A stretch of 64,000 bases of DNA from Euryarchaeota archaeon UBA171. GTDB taxonomy: Archaea; Thermoplasmatota; Poseidoniia; Poseidoniales; Thalassarchaeaceae. The notes beneath the pieces are model-generated. The model ran no database searches. It was given only the letters and a program-made list of their open reading frames with translations, and was not told where the DNA came from. Below, piece after piece: positions 44,238-53,873 of the stretch (positions are counted from its first letter, which is position 1; each line of letters begins with the position of its first letter). The translations under genes were made by a program, and so were the position numbers. The stretch is from positions 11,909 through 75,908 of the forward strand of contig DANO01000018.1 of assembly GCA_002497295.1 (NCBI GenBank), in the 5' to 3' direction.

Positions 44238-47200
44238 GTTCCCACTGCACGCTCATCGAACCGTTCGGGGCGACACGTAGCACAGGACGCCATTTTGCAC
44301 CATCGGTTCCCTCGGGTATCGAGGATCGTATCCCGCGCAATATTTCCGGGTGCAGATCAACCGACAGAGCCGACGAACTCGACTCATACCTGCCATCTCC
44401 GATATTCACTCTTTCAATCGGGACAGGAGGTGGTGCCAGCGGCGGAGTTCCTTCGTCATCGTCGCTCTCGGCCCCGCTCTCCTCGGATTCGACGTCTTCA
44501 TCTTCATCCTCAGCCTCATTCGTCTCAGGCTCGATATCAATCACATCTTCCTGCACCTCTTCAGCTTGGGCACCTCTCGAGTCATCCGTTTTCTTGAGTC
44601 CGATGTCTTCCAATATGGTCTCAGAGCTCTCCTTTGCTGTACCAATACCCAACCCTCCTCTTGAGGCATAGAGGACGCCCTGTCCAACCAGCGACATCGC
44701 CGCAGCGAATAGCATCACGACGAACACAAGGTCATTTTGACTCGGAACGACCATGAAGCCCAGAGGCATTCCAATAAGCCCGAAACCCCTCCTCCAAGAT
44801 TCGTCTCTGGAGAACCCCAGCATGGAGTGATGTGCCGATATTGTAAGCACCAGTGCAGGAAAAATCAGGCCATAGCCGTCAATTGAGTAAGCATATCCTG
44901 CTATAAGGGCCCAAACACTCGAAAACTTGCTGAGCTCTTCACCCTTCTCGGAGATCGATATTTTCCCGATTGTCCAAGGCCCTTTCCATACAATGTAGAT
45001 TAAAGCCAGACACTGCAGAATTGGAATCAACAATAGCGTCTCTTCATGAAGATCGAGATCTCGATAGCCCATTGTTGGCCATGCTATTGTCTGCAGAGAT
45101 ATACCCAGATAGAGCAGTTTCTCACGACCCGATACTATCCCGTCCACAGTCATTACTACCGACGATATGACCCATGTGACGTAACCGATGTCCCATGCGA
45201 ACCAAAGTAGGAAATACATCCAGACGCGACTTGTCAACCCCACGAGGGCCACAGGATCATACGACTTCTCGATGCCCCATCCTTCGGGTAGATACTCTTC
45301 GAGTTGGACATCTTCAGCATCGTAGTTCCTGGCTAGAAGGCCACTTTTTTGGATCACTACTTGAATACCAGAAATAACTGCTCCCATCAGACAACCTATC
45401 GCAAATATTTCGTTGCCACTAAAATCGATCCATGAATTGTCGAGCATCCACTCGAGCATGGCCCATATGCCGAAAACAAACGACAAAGGAGCGACATTGA
45501 ACCACCAAATGATTCCATTCGCCCATGCCCAGGCCCACATCCCCGCAGCTATGAAGATCCATACCAATCTGAAGTCGGGTATCAGAAAGGCGAAAGCAAG
45601 AATGCCTGCAATTCCGATGCTGAACCTTTCCTCAGCACCCCATCGAGTATCCCCCTCAGGTCGATCCTCAACTCGAATAGCATAGGCTGAAAGGCCAATC
45701 TGTAAAAAGAGCAGAAGACTCGCCCATCTCGGGATATCCATCACCCCAGATTCCTCTCCAAGGAAAGGAATGCTGTCAAGTACGGAGGCGAGAGTCATTT
45801 CCGGAGCAACGCCCCCAGTCAATACCCCTGCGTAGATTGTGGCAGCTATTGGGAGTGCTAGCAGTATCCACGTATTGACATGGGTAGTGGCGCGATAGGC
45901 GACTATCGCAAAGACGGGTATTGCGAGTAACCCTCCTGAGACATCTGTCGCACCTATCGCGATCAGGGATAGTAGCGTGAAGGACCCTATGGTTCGCGCC
46001 TCGTCGGACAGGTCCTCTATCGTCTTGAGCATCCTGTCTACAACAACCAGTGGTGCTACCACCACGATGTCTCTCAGCACCCTTTCGAAGAATCTTACTG
46101 ACTCCCCATCAATTTCTGGACTGGTATTGAACTGTGCTGTTGAAATGATTGCAAAGACTGCAATGCAGGCGGCCCCTGCAAGTCGATGTAGGGGGCTGAC
46201 ACGCCCCATGGCCCCGCATTCCGCAACTAGAAGGCCACCTGCCGCTGCGATGTGGAATATCGCTAACCTCCACTCGAGTATGTCGACATCTGACAAGGTC
46301 CCGCTTCCATTGAAGCTGTCTGAATAGGTTATGTCCCCTGGTACGGCAAGCATCGAAGCGAGCACCAAGAACAGCGAAGTGAACCCGAATGGCGTCAGTA
46401 GTATGGAGGCCTCGCCCCTCTTTCGTGAGCGGGCCTCCACGTAGATAGCCAGCCCAACCACGAGAGGTAGCAGATTGGCATGAGCGAACTCGAGTGGAAC
46501 GACGCCCCTGTCTCTGATGGCAACAATGGATATCGCAAGAGCTAGAATAGGGATGCATACCAAATTCCACCTTGAACCGACGAGAGTGGAATTTTCATCC
46601 CATAATTTGTTTTCATCTCTGCCGATATCTGTCCTCCGCAGCTGTACCAATGCTACGATGATCAGAACTATTGGCAGAAACTCTCCAGCTTTGTCAGAAA
46701 GTGGCACTAGGGCCCCTGCCAGAATCGCAACTGAGGAGCCGCTAGATGAATTGAACCGGCCTCTTGATTCACTCCATATGCCTAGGCCGATCAAAACGGG
46801 AAGCAATCCCAGCCCGAGCCCATGGGCGTTACTAATCTCGACGCCTCCAATGTCCAGGAATACACCTCCCTGGCTGCTTGCAATCGCTGCAGAGATGAAC
46901 CATGCGACGATCATCGCCCAATATGTCGATCGAACAACCCAGTCCCTAGCATGATCACGAGTTTCGAGATAAACGAATGCACCGATTCCTACTACCCATG
47001 CGATCAATGCAGCTTCCGCTTCCAATAGTGAAAGTGCCAATGCAAGGCCTATGGGCATGGCGGGAGTCCTCTGCATCGTTGTCGGTGCGAACCATCCCAC
47101 GAGTAGAGCGGCCCACAACCAGAATGAAAGTCCGAAAGGTTGCTCAGTAATCGATAAAGAACCCAACACGAAGTTAGCCTGGCCATTGGATGCAACAATC

Positions 47201-48039
47201 TGCAATAGAAGGATTCCGAAAATAACAAACCAAGAGCTCTGCTCAATCATCTCTCTGGATAGCCCGCGATCCGTAGCAGTCATTCCCACGATTACTACCA
47301 TTATGGTCATCCAACCCCCTGATTCTACACCCAGGCTCAATACCACAAGTGCTGGAATTGCCATACTAGCCCCTGCAGATATCAGGTACAGAACCGATCG
47401 ATCGAGTCTAAGTGCATGAATCATCGCAGCACTCAGCAGCAAAACGTGTGAGATTGTATTCCACTGCTCGAAAACTCCCCCTGCATAGTCCACCCATATC
47501 GAAACCGCAGATAGAGAGAGGGAAATCGGTGCGAGTATGACGATAGTCCGGGGAAGAGTTCCTAGATTATGCCGATCGATCATTCTAGTGGATATCTCCA
47601 TGACTAACAACATGAAAATCGTCTGTGCTATCGCTAGCTCAACAGTGGGCGCCCACTGCCCTTCAATGAACTGGCCAGTGTACGCTTCAGCTTCCCACAG
47701 GGCGAAAGCGGAGTATCGCGAGAGCCAGATTGATGCAAGTGCACCCGACAGTACTGCGGTGGCAGCAACATAGTCCTCCACCATATTTTGATTCCGATCG
47801 CTACCCTCTCGGCTGCGCCGCCACTCATGGAAACCTATGCAGCTCACTGCAACGGTTCCGAGCATGCCTCCCAAAATCAGGTAAGAATGGTCACTTTCAG
47901 CCGTCAGTTCGAATGTCACGTAATAAATGGCATATGCAAGGACCGCCGCACCCAAACCTATCGATGCGTAGAAGCCCGCTTTTGCCTCATCAAATCCTCC
48001 GCTAGATATCGTCGCGTTTCCCGGCCCGGGCTTTTCCAT
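44227..48039 (-). CDS. Giant polytopic membrane protein (more than 30 predicted helices) with acidic linker and small C-terminal soluble domain; function unknown
   Basis: The 1270-aa ORF is almost entirely hydrophobic segments of 18-25 aa separated by short loops (about 35 counted by eye). It ends with a D/E-rich stretch (EDEDEDVESEESGAESDDDEG), a PPLAPPPVP linker and a ~70-aa domain. No family recognised. Confidence 0.7.
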   Translation of the reverse strand: MEKPGPGNATISSGGFDEAKAGFYASIGLGAAVLAYAIYYVTFELTAESDHSYLILGGMLGTVAVSCIGFHEWRRSREGSDRNQNMVEDYVAATAVLSGALASIWLSRYSAFALWEAEAYTGQFIEGQWAPTVELAIAQTIFMLLVMEISTRMIDRHNLGTLPRTIVILAPISLSLSAVSIWVDYAGGVFEQWNTISHVLLLSAAMIHALRLDRSVLYLISAGASMAIPALVVLSLGVESGGWMTIMVVIVGMTATDRGLSREMIEQSSWFVIFGILLLQIVASNGQANFVLGSLSITEQPFGLSFWLWAALLVGWFAPTTMQRTPAMPIGLALALSLLEAEAALIAWVVGIGAFVYLETRDHARDWVVRSTYWAMIVAWFISAAIASSQGGVFLDIGGVEISNAHGLGLGLLPVLIGLGIWSESRGRFNSSSGSSVAILAGALVPLSDKAGEFLPIVLIIVALVQLRRTDIGRDENKLWDENSTLVGSRWNLVCIPILALAISIVAIRDRGVVPLEFAHANLLPLVVGLAIYVEARSRKRGEASILLTPFGFTSLFLVLASMLAVPGDITYSDSFNGSGTLSDVDILEWRLAIFHIAAAGGLLVAECGAMGRVSPLHRLAGAACIAVFAIISTAQFNTSPEIDGESVRFFERVLRDIVVVAPLVVVDRMLKTIEDLSDEARTIGSFTLLSLIAIGATDVSGGLLAIPVFAIVAYRATTHVNTWILLALPIAATIYAGVLTGGVAPEMTLASVLDSIPFLGEESGVMDIPRWASLLLFLQIGLSAYAIRVEDRPEGDTRWGAEERFSIGIAGILAFAFLIPDFRLVWIFIAAGMWAWAWANGIIWWFNVAPLSFVFGIWAMLEWMLDNSWIDFSGNEIFAIGCLMGAVISGIQVVIQKSGLLARNYDAEDVQLEEYLPEGWGIEKSYDPVALVGLTSRVWMYFLLWFAWDIGYVTWVISSVVMTVDGIVSGREKLLYLGISLQTIAWPTMGYRDLDLHEETLLLIPILQCLALIYIVWKGPWTIGKISISEKGEELSKFSSVWALIAGYAYSIDGYGLIFPALVLTISAHHSMLGFSRDESWRRGFGLIGMPLGFMVVPSQNDLVFVVMLFAAAMSLVGQGVLYASRGGLGIGTAKESSETILEDIGLKKTDDSRGAQAEEVQEDVIDIEPETNEAEDEDEDVESEESGAESDDDEGTPPLAPPPVPIERVNIGDGRYESSSSALSVDLHPEILRGIRSSIPEGTDGAKWRPVLRVAPNGSMSVQWEPIQ

Positions 48040-48091
48040 GACTGCATTATTTGATATTAGAGGTATAGATATTGAGGCGACAAATGCCGAA

Positions 48092-49540
48092 TTAGCGTTT
48101 TACACAGACGTTAAGCGTCTCAGAGAAGAATCCTAGGCTCCATCTTCCGCCTTCTCGTCCAACTCCGCTGTCTCCAACTCCTCCGAAGGGGGTTCGAAGA
48201 TCCCTGTGGAGCCAAGTATTGACCCAGACCATTCCTGTCCGAATACCTTCAGCGACCCTAATCCCCTTCTCCAGATCTTCAGTCCAAACGCTTCCAGCTA
48301 AACCGTAGCGTGTGCCATTGGCAATCTCAATGGCCTCTTCCTCGGTCTTGAATCGATGTACTGTGACGACGGGGCCGAAGATTTCCTCCGTGGAGCATCG
48401 TGAATCGGGAGATAGGCCCCCAATCACCGTCGGAGCCATCCAATAACCGCCTTCCAGATCTCTAGATAGGGATGATTGGATTTCCATATCGTCCCCTCCG
48501 GTGAGAAAATGCCCTCCCTCATCCTTTGCGATAGAGACGTACTCCTTGACTTTCTTCAGATGACCTGAGGAGATGAGGGCTCCAAGTTGCGTAGAATCCT
48601 CAGAAGGATCACCGATTTTCAAAGACTCAACAGAATCGATAAAGCCCTCTACAAACTCGTCATAAATTGAGTCTTGAACAAGAATTCTGGAGCCACAAAG
48701 ACATATCTGGCCTTGATTCAGGAATGCCGCCCTGCCGACACCCTCTATCGTTTTGTTGAGGTCACAGTCCGCAAATACAATGCTTGAATTCTTGCCTCCA
48801 AGCTCCAGACTTATCTTCTTGAAATGAGGGGCTGCGGATGCAGCAACTTTGGCACCTGTTGACGTGCCCCCTGTAAAGGAGACAAGATCCACATCACTAT
48901 GAGATACCAAACAACTGCCTGCCCCCCCTCCGTCTCCGTGAACCAAGTTGACCACTCCTGGCGGAAGTCCGACTTTGTCGATAACCTCCATGAGGAGATT
49001 CGCCGTCATGGGAGTCATCTCGCTGGGTTTGCATACCACTGTATTCCCCATGCCTATGGCCGGAGCAACTTTCCATGATAGCAAGTATAGTGGCAGATTC
49101 CAAGGGGTGATCAATGCCCCCACGCCAACAGGCCTGTAGGTTACGAAATTGTCCGCATCAGCCATTTCGAAAACTTCTCCACGATGGGTCCTAATCATTT
49201 CAGCAAAGAATCTGAAATTGGCTACCGATCTATTTGCATCAACCGCTCTTGCCAGCGATATTGGTTTTCCTGTATCCCTGCTCTCCAGGGACGCTATGTC
49301 CTCGTATCTGGATTCCAACTCATCTGCTATGATGTCCAGCCACCCTGCTCTTTCCGAATGACTCAGGCCCCCCCACTCTGACTGAGCCTTCCTTGCTGCA
49401 AGGATCGCTGAGTCTACATCTGAAGGCGATGAAAGGGGGACTCTAGCAAATTGCTTTCCGGTAGCAGGCTCAACAACATCGAGCCATTGTTCCCCTGTAT
49501 GTGCCTGAAAATTACCGTCGATATAATTCATCAGATCCAT
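48092..49540 (-). CDS. NAD-dependent aldehyde dehydrogenase, 2-hydroxymuconic/2-aminomuconic semialdehyde dehydrogenase-like subfamily
   Basis: ALDH motifs FTGGTSTGAKV, ELGGKN, catalytic Cys in GQICLCGSR, and EEIFGPV. SVANFRFFAEMI resembles the NFRFFA motif I associate with XylG/DmpC/ALDH8-type enzymes. Confidence 0.85.
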   Translation of the reverse strand: MDLMNYIDGNFQAHTGEQWLDVVEPATGKQFARVPLSSPSDVDSAILAARKAQSEWGGLSHSERAGWLDIIADELESRYEDIASLESRDTGKPISLARAVDANRSVANFRFFAEMIRTHRGEVFEMADADNFVTYRPVGVGALITPWNLPLYLLSWKVAPAIGMGNTVVCKPSEMTPMTANLLMEVIDKVGLPPGVVNLVHGDGGGAGSCLVSHSDVDLVSFTGGTSTGAKVAASAAPHFKKISLELGGKNSSIVFADCDLNKTIEGVGRAAFLNQGQICLCGSRILVQDSIYDEFVEGFIDSVESLKIGDPSEDSTQLGALISSGHLKKVKEYVSIAKDEGGHFLTGGDDMEIQSSLSRDLEGGYWMAPTVIGGLSPDSRCSTEEIFGPVVTVHRFKTEEEAIEIANGTRYGLAGSVWTEDLEKGIRVAEGIRTGMVWVNTWLHRDLRTPFGGVGDSGVGREGGRWSLGFFSETLNVCVKR

Positions 49541-50721
49541 CAGGAATCACCGATTCCCTCGTTAGAGAATGGATCAGACCTGGTCATCGCAGAGGTGTAA
49601 TCTTTCCAATCCATGGAAAATCTGTCTCTGTCCGGGTCCCATTCATCCCATGTGACGATTGACTCCAACGCTGAGGAGTATTTCTCGGGAACTATACCCG
49701 GCACAATGAATGCCTTCTGGCGATGAAGTGGGTACGGATTCCTGAGATTGACCCCCAATACGCCCAATACGGCCCTCGCCACATACCAAGTCGCTTGGCT
49801 GTTCCATCCATGTGCAATTTTGATTACTATTCCAAGTCCCTTTGGCCAGTCGTCATGAATCACAGATAATCCGAGTAGCCCATCTGCTCCTTCTTTTGCT
49901 ACAATACGCCCGTCACCAGCCTTCAGGCAAGTCGAGTCCAATCTGTTGAAACCACCGACTAGATCCGGATTACGATTCATCGCCTCCCATATCCAGTCAT
50001 CATTGCGTCTAGCAACTAGATTTGCGAACATCAAGGCCAATTCGTTTACTGTATTGGAAACTGTGGGAAACCCGCATCCATCTTTCGCCACTCTGAGGGG
50101 CTCCCAATTTGGCTTATTCATATATTCTCGAAGAACATCCAAATACAACGGAAACCAATCTGAACTAGGTAAAGTGTAACCAGCTCTACTCATGCCCATG
50201 AGCCTCATTCCTTTGAGGATAGCAGCGTGCTCTCCTGAGCACGTGTGGAACCATCTTCTTGGCCTCCTTACCTGGCGTCCGAATTGTATCAATGGTACGT
50301 CCAAGGGGCATTGCATCAATCCCCACTCAGATTCAGTAAGCAAAGACTGAGCGGCTGCAACGTGTTCAGTATCTCCATTATGCGAGGAGCAAGAGATGGC
50401 CTTCTGCTTCCAATCCAAGTCTTTCAGGACCTCAACAAAAGGCTTCATCATCAGGGGCTTCATCATAGAGCGGCCATAGACCAAGACATTTCCTCCAAAA
50501 GAGTGGATTATTTCATCCCCATGCGCCCATGCTACCGCGCCATGAATTGTATTCTCTGAAACATCCATCCGCCTAAAATCAACGAGAGGCTCCCATTCCA
50601 CATCTCGTCCAGTGGGTATGTTCTCGAATTTTTCTCCAAGAGGAGTCGTCGGATACACCGCCGAACCAGGCCTTCCAGCCGACACGGAGGAAGGTCGGTC
50701 ATTCGGATTAATTTCCTTCAC
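49540..50721 (-). CDS. Asparaginase II (PF06089-like) family protein
   Basis: GRSMMKPLMMKP, SCSSHNGDTEHV and CSGEHAAILKG correspond to the conserved blocks of the asparaginase_II family as I recall them, with an extra ~60-aa C-terminal extension. GTG start with GTGA overlap to the upstream gene. Confidence 0.55.
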   Translation of the reverse strand: MKEINPNDRPSSVSAGRPGSAVYPTTPLGEKFENIPTGRDVEWEPLVDFRRMDVSENTIHGAVAWAHGDEIIHSFGGNVLVYGRSMMKPLMMKPFVEVLKDLDWKQKAISCSSHNGDTEHVAAAQSLLTESEWGLMQCPLDVPLIQFGRQVRRPRRWFHTCSGEHAAILKGMRLMGMSRAGYTLPSSDWFPLYLDVLREYMNKPNWEPLRVAKDGCGFPTVSNTVNELALMFANLVARRNDDWIWEAMNRNPDLVGGFNRLDSTCLKAGDGRIVAKEGADGLLGLSVIHDDWPKGLGIVIKIAHGWNSQATWYVARAVLGVLGVNLRNPYPLHRQKAFIVPGIVPEKYSSALESIVTWDEWDPDRDRFSMDWKDYTSAMTRSDPFSNEGIGDS

Positions 50722-51977
50722 CTTTCAACACCCCTATTCACGAGGGGGACGACCTTTGTCATGAATGCCTCCATGTTACGCTTCACACGTTCGTTGTCGT
50801 GATTGAAAAAGTCGAACCAGCACATTATCCGATCATCAGGATGAAATCTTTCGATCAGTTGCTGGGCTACTTCGTCCACATTCCCGATGACTGCATTGTC
50901 AACCGCCTTTTCCACTTTACCCGGATCGATGGTCCCCTCCAAGGCATTCCAATAAGTCGAAATCGACGACTTAGATTCCTCTAAAGCATGCTCGGACCGC
51001 TCCACATTCGAGAGCCCATCTTCATCATTGAGAAAAACCATCACGGTTCGAGGCATCATTGAACGACTCCAAACTCCTCCGTCTCTATGGTAGCACTTTC
51101 GCATACGCTCATGCGTAGCTTCAATGATATCTGGCGGGGTTATGCTCAGGTTGAATACTTGTACTGGACGCCATTTATTGACTTCAACTTGAAGATGCTT
51201 ATCATGGCTGCCAAGAACGAGATTCAAGAGATCTCTTCGCCATTCCTTAGGTATCGTGGCGATGGACTCAAACTCGTAGCGGCGGGGAATGACGACTTCA
51301 TCTGGAGAAGTCGAGAGCCCCCATTCTAAGACTGCTGACTCTTGGACACCCGCCCAATCTTCATCACTTCTGAAATTGTCGCGTGTGAGCCTGGTTTCTC
51401 TTATCATGGACGAATCAATCACTTCACCTGACAGGAGTCTAAGGAAAATTTCGCTTGCCTCGGCAAATACCTGGCCACGTAATGCCGGCCATGCAGCCTC
51501 TTCAACAGGGTCCCTCGGAACGATCCCATACGGTCGTGCCATGAATTCAAAACGACCTGCAGAGAATCCGATATGAAGACGACGTGTCTCATCTGGATTC
51601 ACGCCGTGGATTGCGAGGAATGCGCCAACTCGTTCAGCTTGAGCGATTGGCCCCCCCGATGCGAGTATCGACATCACCGCGCTCCCTACCTCCATACGTT
51701 TTGTCCGAGCCATGACAGCTGCAGCGATTTGGAAGAAGTCGGTGCACAAGCCAACTTCACCGGGATAGTGGGGGACCACTGGGTTCGCATTGCTTTTCTG
51801 AACTTCCGTAGAGAGATGGGCTTGAGCAACCCATCCAACGTCAAATCCAAGATCGTCCGCCTTCTCAGCCTGGTCTAAGAAATTGGAGAACATCTCCCTC
51901 TCACTGGGCTTGTAGCCGGTTGAATCCGGCGTCTGCGAGACCGAGAAGAAAATATCGAATTCCATACCATTACCCAT
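50718..51977 (-). CDS. Luciferase-like (LLM class) flavin-dependent oxidoreductase
   Basis: N-terminal FDIFFSVSQTP...FLDQAEKADDLGFDVGWVAQAH and the overall 419-aa TIM-barrel-like pattern are typical of LLM monooxygenases. Cofactor and substrate unknown. Confidence 0.55.
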   Translation of the reverse strand: MGNGMEFDIFFSVSQTPDSTGYKPSEREMFSNFLDQAEKADDLGFDVGWVAQAHLSTEVQKSNANPVVPHYPGEVGLCTDFFQIAAAVMARTKRMEVGSAVMSILASGGPIAQAERVGAFLAIHGVNPDETRRLHIGFSAGRFEFMARPYGIVPRDPVEEAAWPALRGQVFAEASEIFLRLLSGEVIDSSMIRETRLTRDNFRSDEDWAGVQESAVLEWGLSTSPDEVVIPRRYEFESIATIPKEWRRDLLNLVLGSHDKHLQVEVNKWRPVQVFNLSITPPDIIEATHERMRKCYHRDGGVWSRSMMPRTVMVFLNDEDGLSNVERSEHALEESKSSISTYWNALEGTIDPGKVEKAVDNAVIGNVDEVAQQLIERFHPDDRIMCWFDFFNHDNERVKRNMEAFMTKVVPLVNRGVER

Positions 51978-52786
51978 CAGATAGAGCGCATTCGCCCGCC
52001 ATCTACAGCCAGACTAACTCCGCGTATAGCCCCGCTTGAAGGAAGACACATCCAAACCACTGCTGAAGCAGTTTCCAGCGGATCAACAAGTCTGCCAATG
52101 GGTGCTTGATTTCGCCAATCATCGTATATTTCTTCCACGCTCATGCCCGTTCGCTCACTCTTAGACTTGGACAAGGATACAAGACGATCAGTGTCTGTAT
52201 ACCCCGGAAGTATGTTGTTTATCGTTATGCAAGGAGCCAATTCTTTGGAAAGAGACTTGCTCCATGAGGCCATCGCCCCCCTCAAAGTATTCGATAGGCC
52301 GATTCCTTCCACAGGTTCACGGACTGACGTAGAAATAATATTGACAATCCTTCCACTACCAAATTCTTCCATTCCCGGTGCGAGACTCCTGACCAATATG
52401 TGCGATGCATGTAGATGGCGTTTGAAGGGTCCATCGAAGTCTTCCAGATCATTTTGAAGAAGTGGGCTGCGGGGTGGTCCGCCTGCGTTATTGATCAAAA
52501 TCGTAATTTCCTGATTGACTAATGATTCCGCAATCATACGAACAGCATCCGTATCCTCAAGATCCAGGACTAAGGCTTCATGCCCAGAACCATGCATCTC
52601 CGAAACCAGATCATCGAGCATCTCTTTGTTGCGGGCACAGGCAACCACTCTAGCCCCTGCCCTGGCAAGGAGTAACGCGGTGGACCGACCGATTCCACGC
52701 GAGGCGCCACAGACCAACGCAGTCTTTCCATTAAGCACGTTCTCTGAGAAAGGAAAATCTTCACCTAATATATCATCCATCGACAT
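51977..52786 (-). CDS. Short-chain dehydrogenase/reductase (FabG-like)
   Basis: GKTALVCGASRGIGRSTALLLARAGARVV (TGxxxGxG), NNAG, a catalytic Ser region, and a PG motif (NNILPGYTDT). Confidence 0.85.
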   Translation of the reverse strand: MSMDDILGEDFPFSENVLNGKTALVCGASRGIGRSTALLLARAGARVVACARNKEMLDDLVSEMHGSGHEALVLDLEDTDAVRMIAESLVNQEITILINNAGGPPRSPLLQNDLEDFDGPFKRHLHASHILVRSLAPGMEEFGSGRIVNIISTSVREPVEGIGLSNTLRGAMASWSKSLSKELAPCITINNILPGYTDTDRLVSLSKSKSERTGMSVEEIYDDWRNQAPIGRLVDPLETASAVVWMCLPSSGAIRGVSLAVDGGRMRSI

Positions 52787-52791
52787 TTCAC

Positions 52792-53574
52792 CTAATCCAC
52801 GTAATGCGCATATGTTTGCTCACTTAGCTTCTGATATACGACTTCTAGAATTTCTTCTGAGGCGTTTCGGAAGGTAGGGTGGCTACCCTCTCCCTGTGGC
52901 CGACGCATTTCACCCCATCGCCCTTCCACATATGCAATCAGGGCTTCTTTCATGAGAACTCCAGATAGAACAAGCGTTTCATAGCACAAATCTTCGTAAG
53001 TCATCCCTCTTTTTACAGGTACTTCTCTTCTCAAAAGTAAGTCGCCAGTGTCGACTCCATTGTCGCAGAAATGAGTTGAGGAACCTATTGGTATGTCGTG
53101 GTAAACAGACCAAGCAGGAGAAGCCGAACCTCTGCACTCCGGGAGTAATCCAGGATGTGAATTAAGAACGCCGTCTTTGGGGAAATCCAAGATATCTCCC
53201 CTGATTATCCTGGTCCCGCCGAAGACAATCAGATCGAGATCGAAATCCTCTATGTGAGGCATCACATTAGGGCTGTCGTGCTTTTCCACTTCGATATGCG
53301 GTACAACGAAACCATCCTCAGAAAGCCTGGCGATCTGACTCTCAATGGTAGGAGCGACTGGATTGCCCTCAATCCTCTTGAGAAATTTCTCGCGCTCTTC
53401 ATCGCCGATACCCGAGTCCTCTGATATTATTATCGAGGGGATGAAATTCTTTGACAGTAACTGACTCAACATCTCCCTACCATAGGGATGCTCCTTGAGC
53501 AGGAGAAAGGCGAATTCTGGCGTCGAACTAGGTGGCATGTTACGCTCTCCTGAGGAGTCATTGATACCCATCAT
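52792..53574 (-). CDS. Formyltransferase-fold protein (Fmt/PurN N-terminal domain type)
   Basis: LNSHPGLLPECRGSASPAWSV (HxSLLPxxRG-type motif) and VDTGDLL (catalytic Asp region). The likely start is MPPSSTPEFAFLLL near 53538. Confidence 0.7.
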   Translation of the reverse strand: MMGINDSSGERNMPPSSTPEFAFLLLKEHPYGREMLSQLLSKNFIPSIIISEDSGIGDEEREKFLKRIEGNPVAPTIESQIARLSEDGFVVPHIEVEKHDSPNVMPHIEDFDLDLIVFGGTRIIRGDILDFPKDGVLNSHPGLLPECRGSASPAWSVYHDIPIGSSTHFCDNGVDTGDLLLRREVPVKRGMTYEDLCYETLVLSGVLMKEALIAYVEGRWGEMRRPQGEGSHPTFRNASEEILEVVYQKLSEQTYAHYVD

Positions 53575-53821
53575 TTTCGGTCATATCAGGTTTCCACCAT
53601 TCAATTGCCTCGGGTTCGCCCGCCTCATCAATCGCTAGATGGCGCCCTCTTTCATGCAGAATGACCCCCACTATCACCGGCGAGAGCGGGAATAAAACCA
53701 CGTAGAGTAACATCGTGATGAAGAAGAACAAACCTGTGTCGAATATCTCACTCATTGCAATACCAAATGGTATGAATCCGATAAAGAGAATCGCCGGTAC
53801 CCCGAGCATCAGCCATCTCAT
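53558..53821 (-). CDS. Small membrane protein (2-3 TM), hypothetical
   Basis: 87 aa with hydrophobic segments LMLGVPAILFIGFIPFGIAM and LFFFITMLLYVVLFPLSPVIVGVIL. It is the first gene of the minus-strand operon. No family recognised. Confidence 0.45.
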   Translation of the reverse strand: MRWLMLGVPAILFIGFIPFGIAMSEIFDTGLFFFITMLLYVVLFPLSPVIVGVILHERGRHLAIDEAGEPEAIEWWKPDMTENDGYQ

Positions 53822-53873
53822 AAACTAGCAATCGTAACAAACTACTAATGTAAATTTCCAGCATTAGACAATC

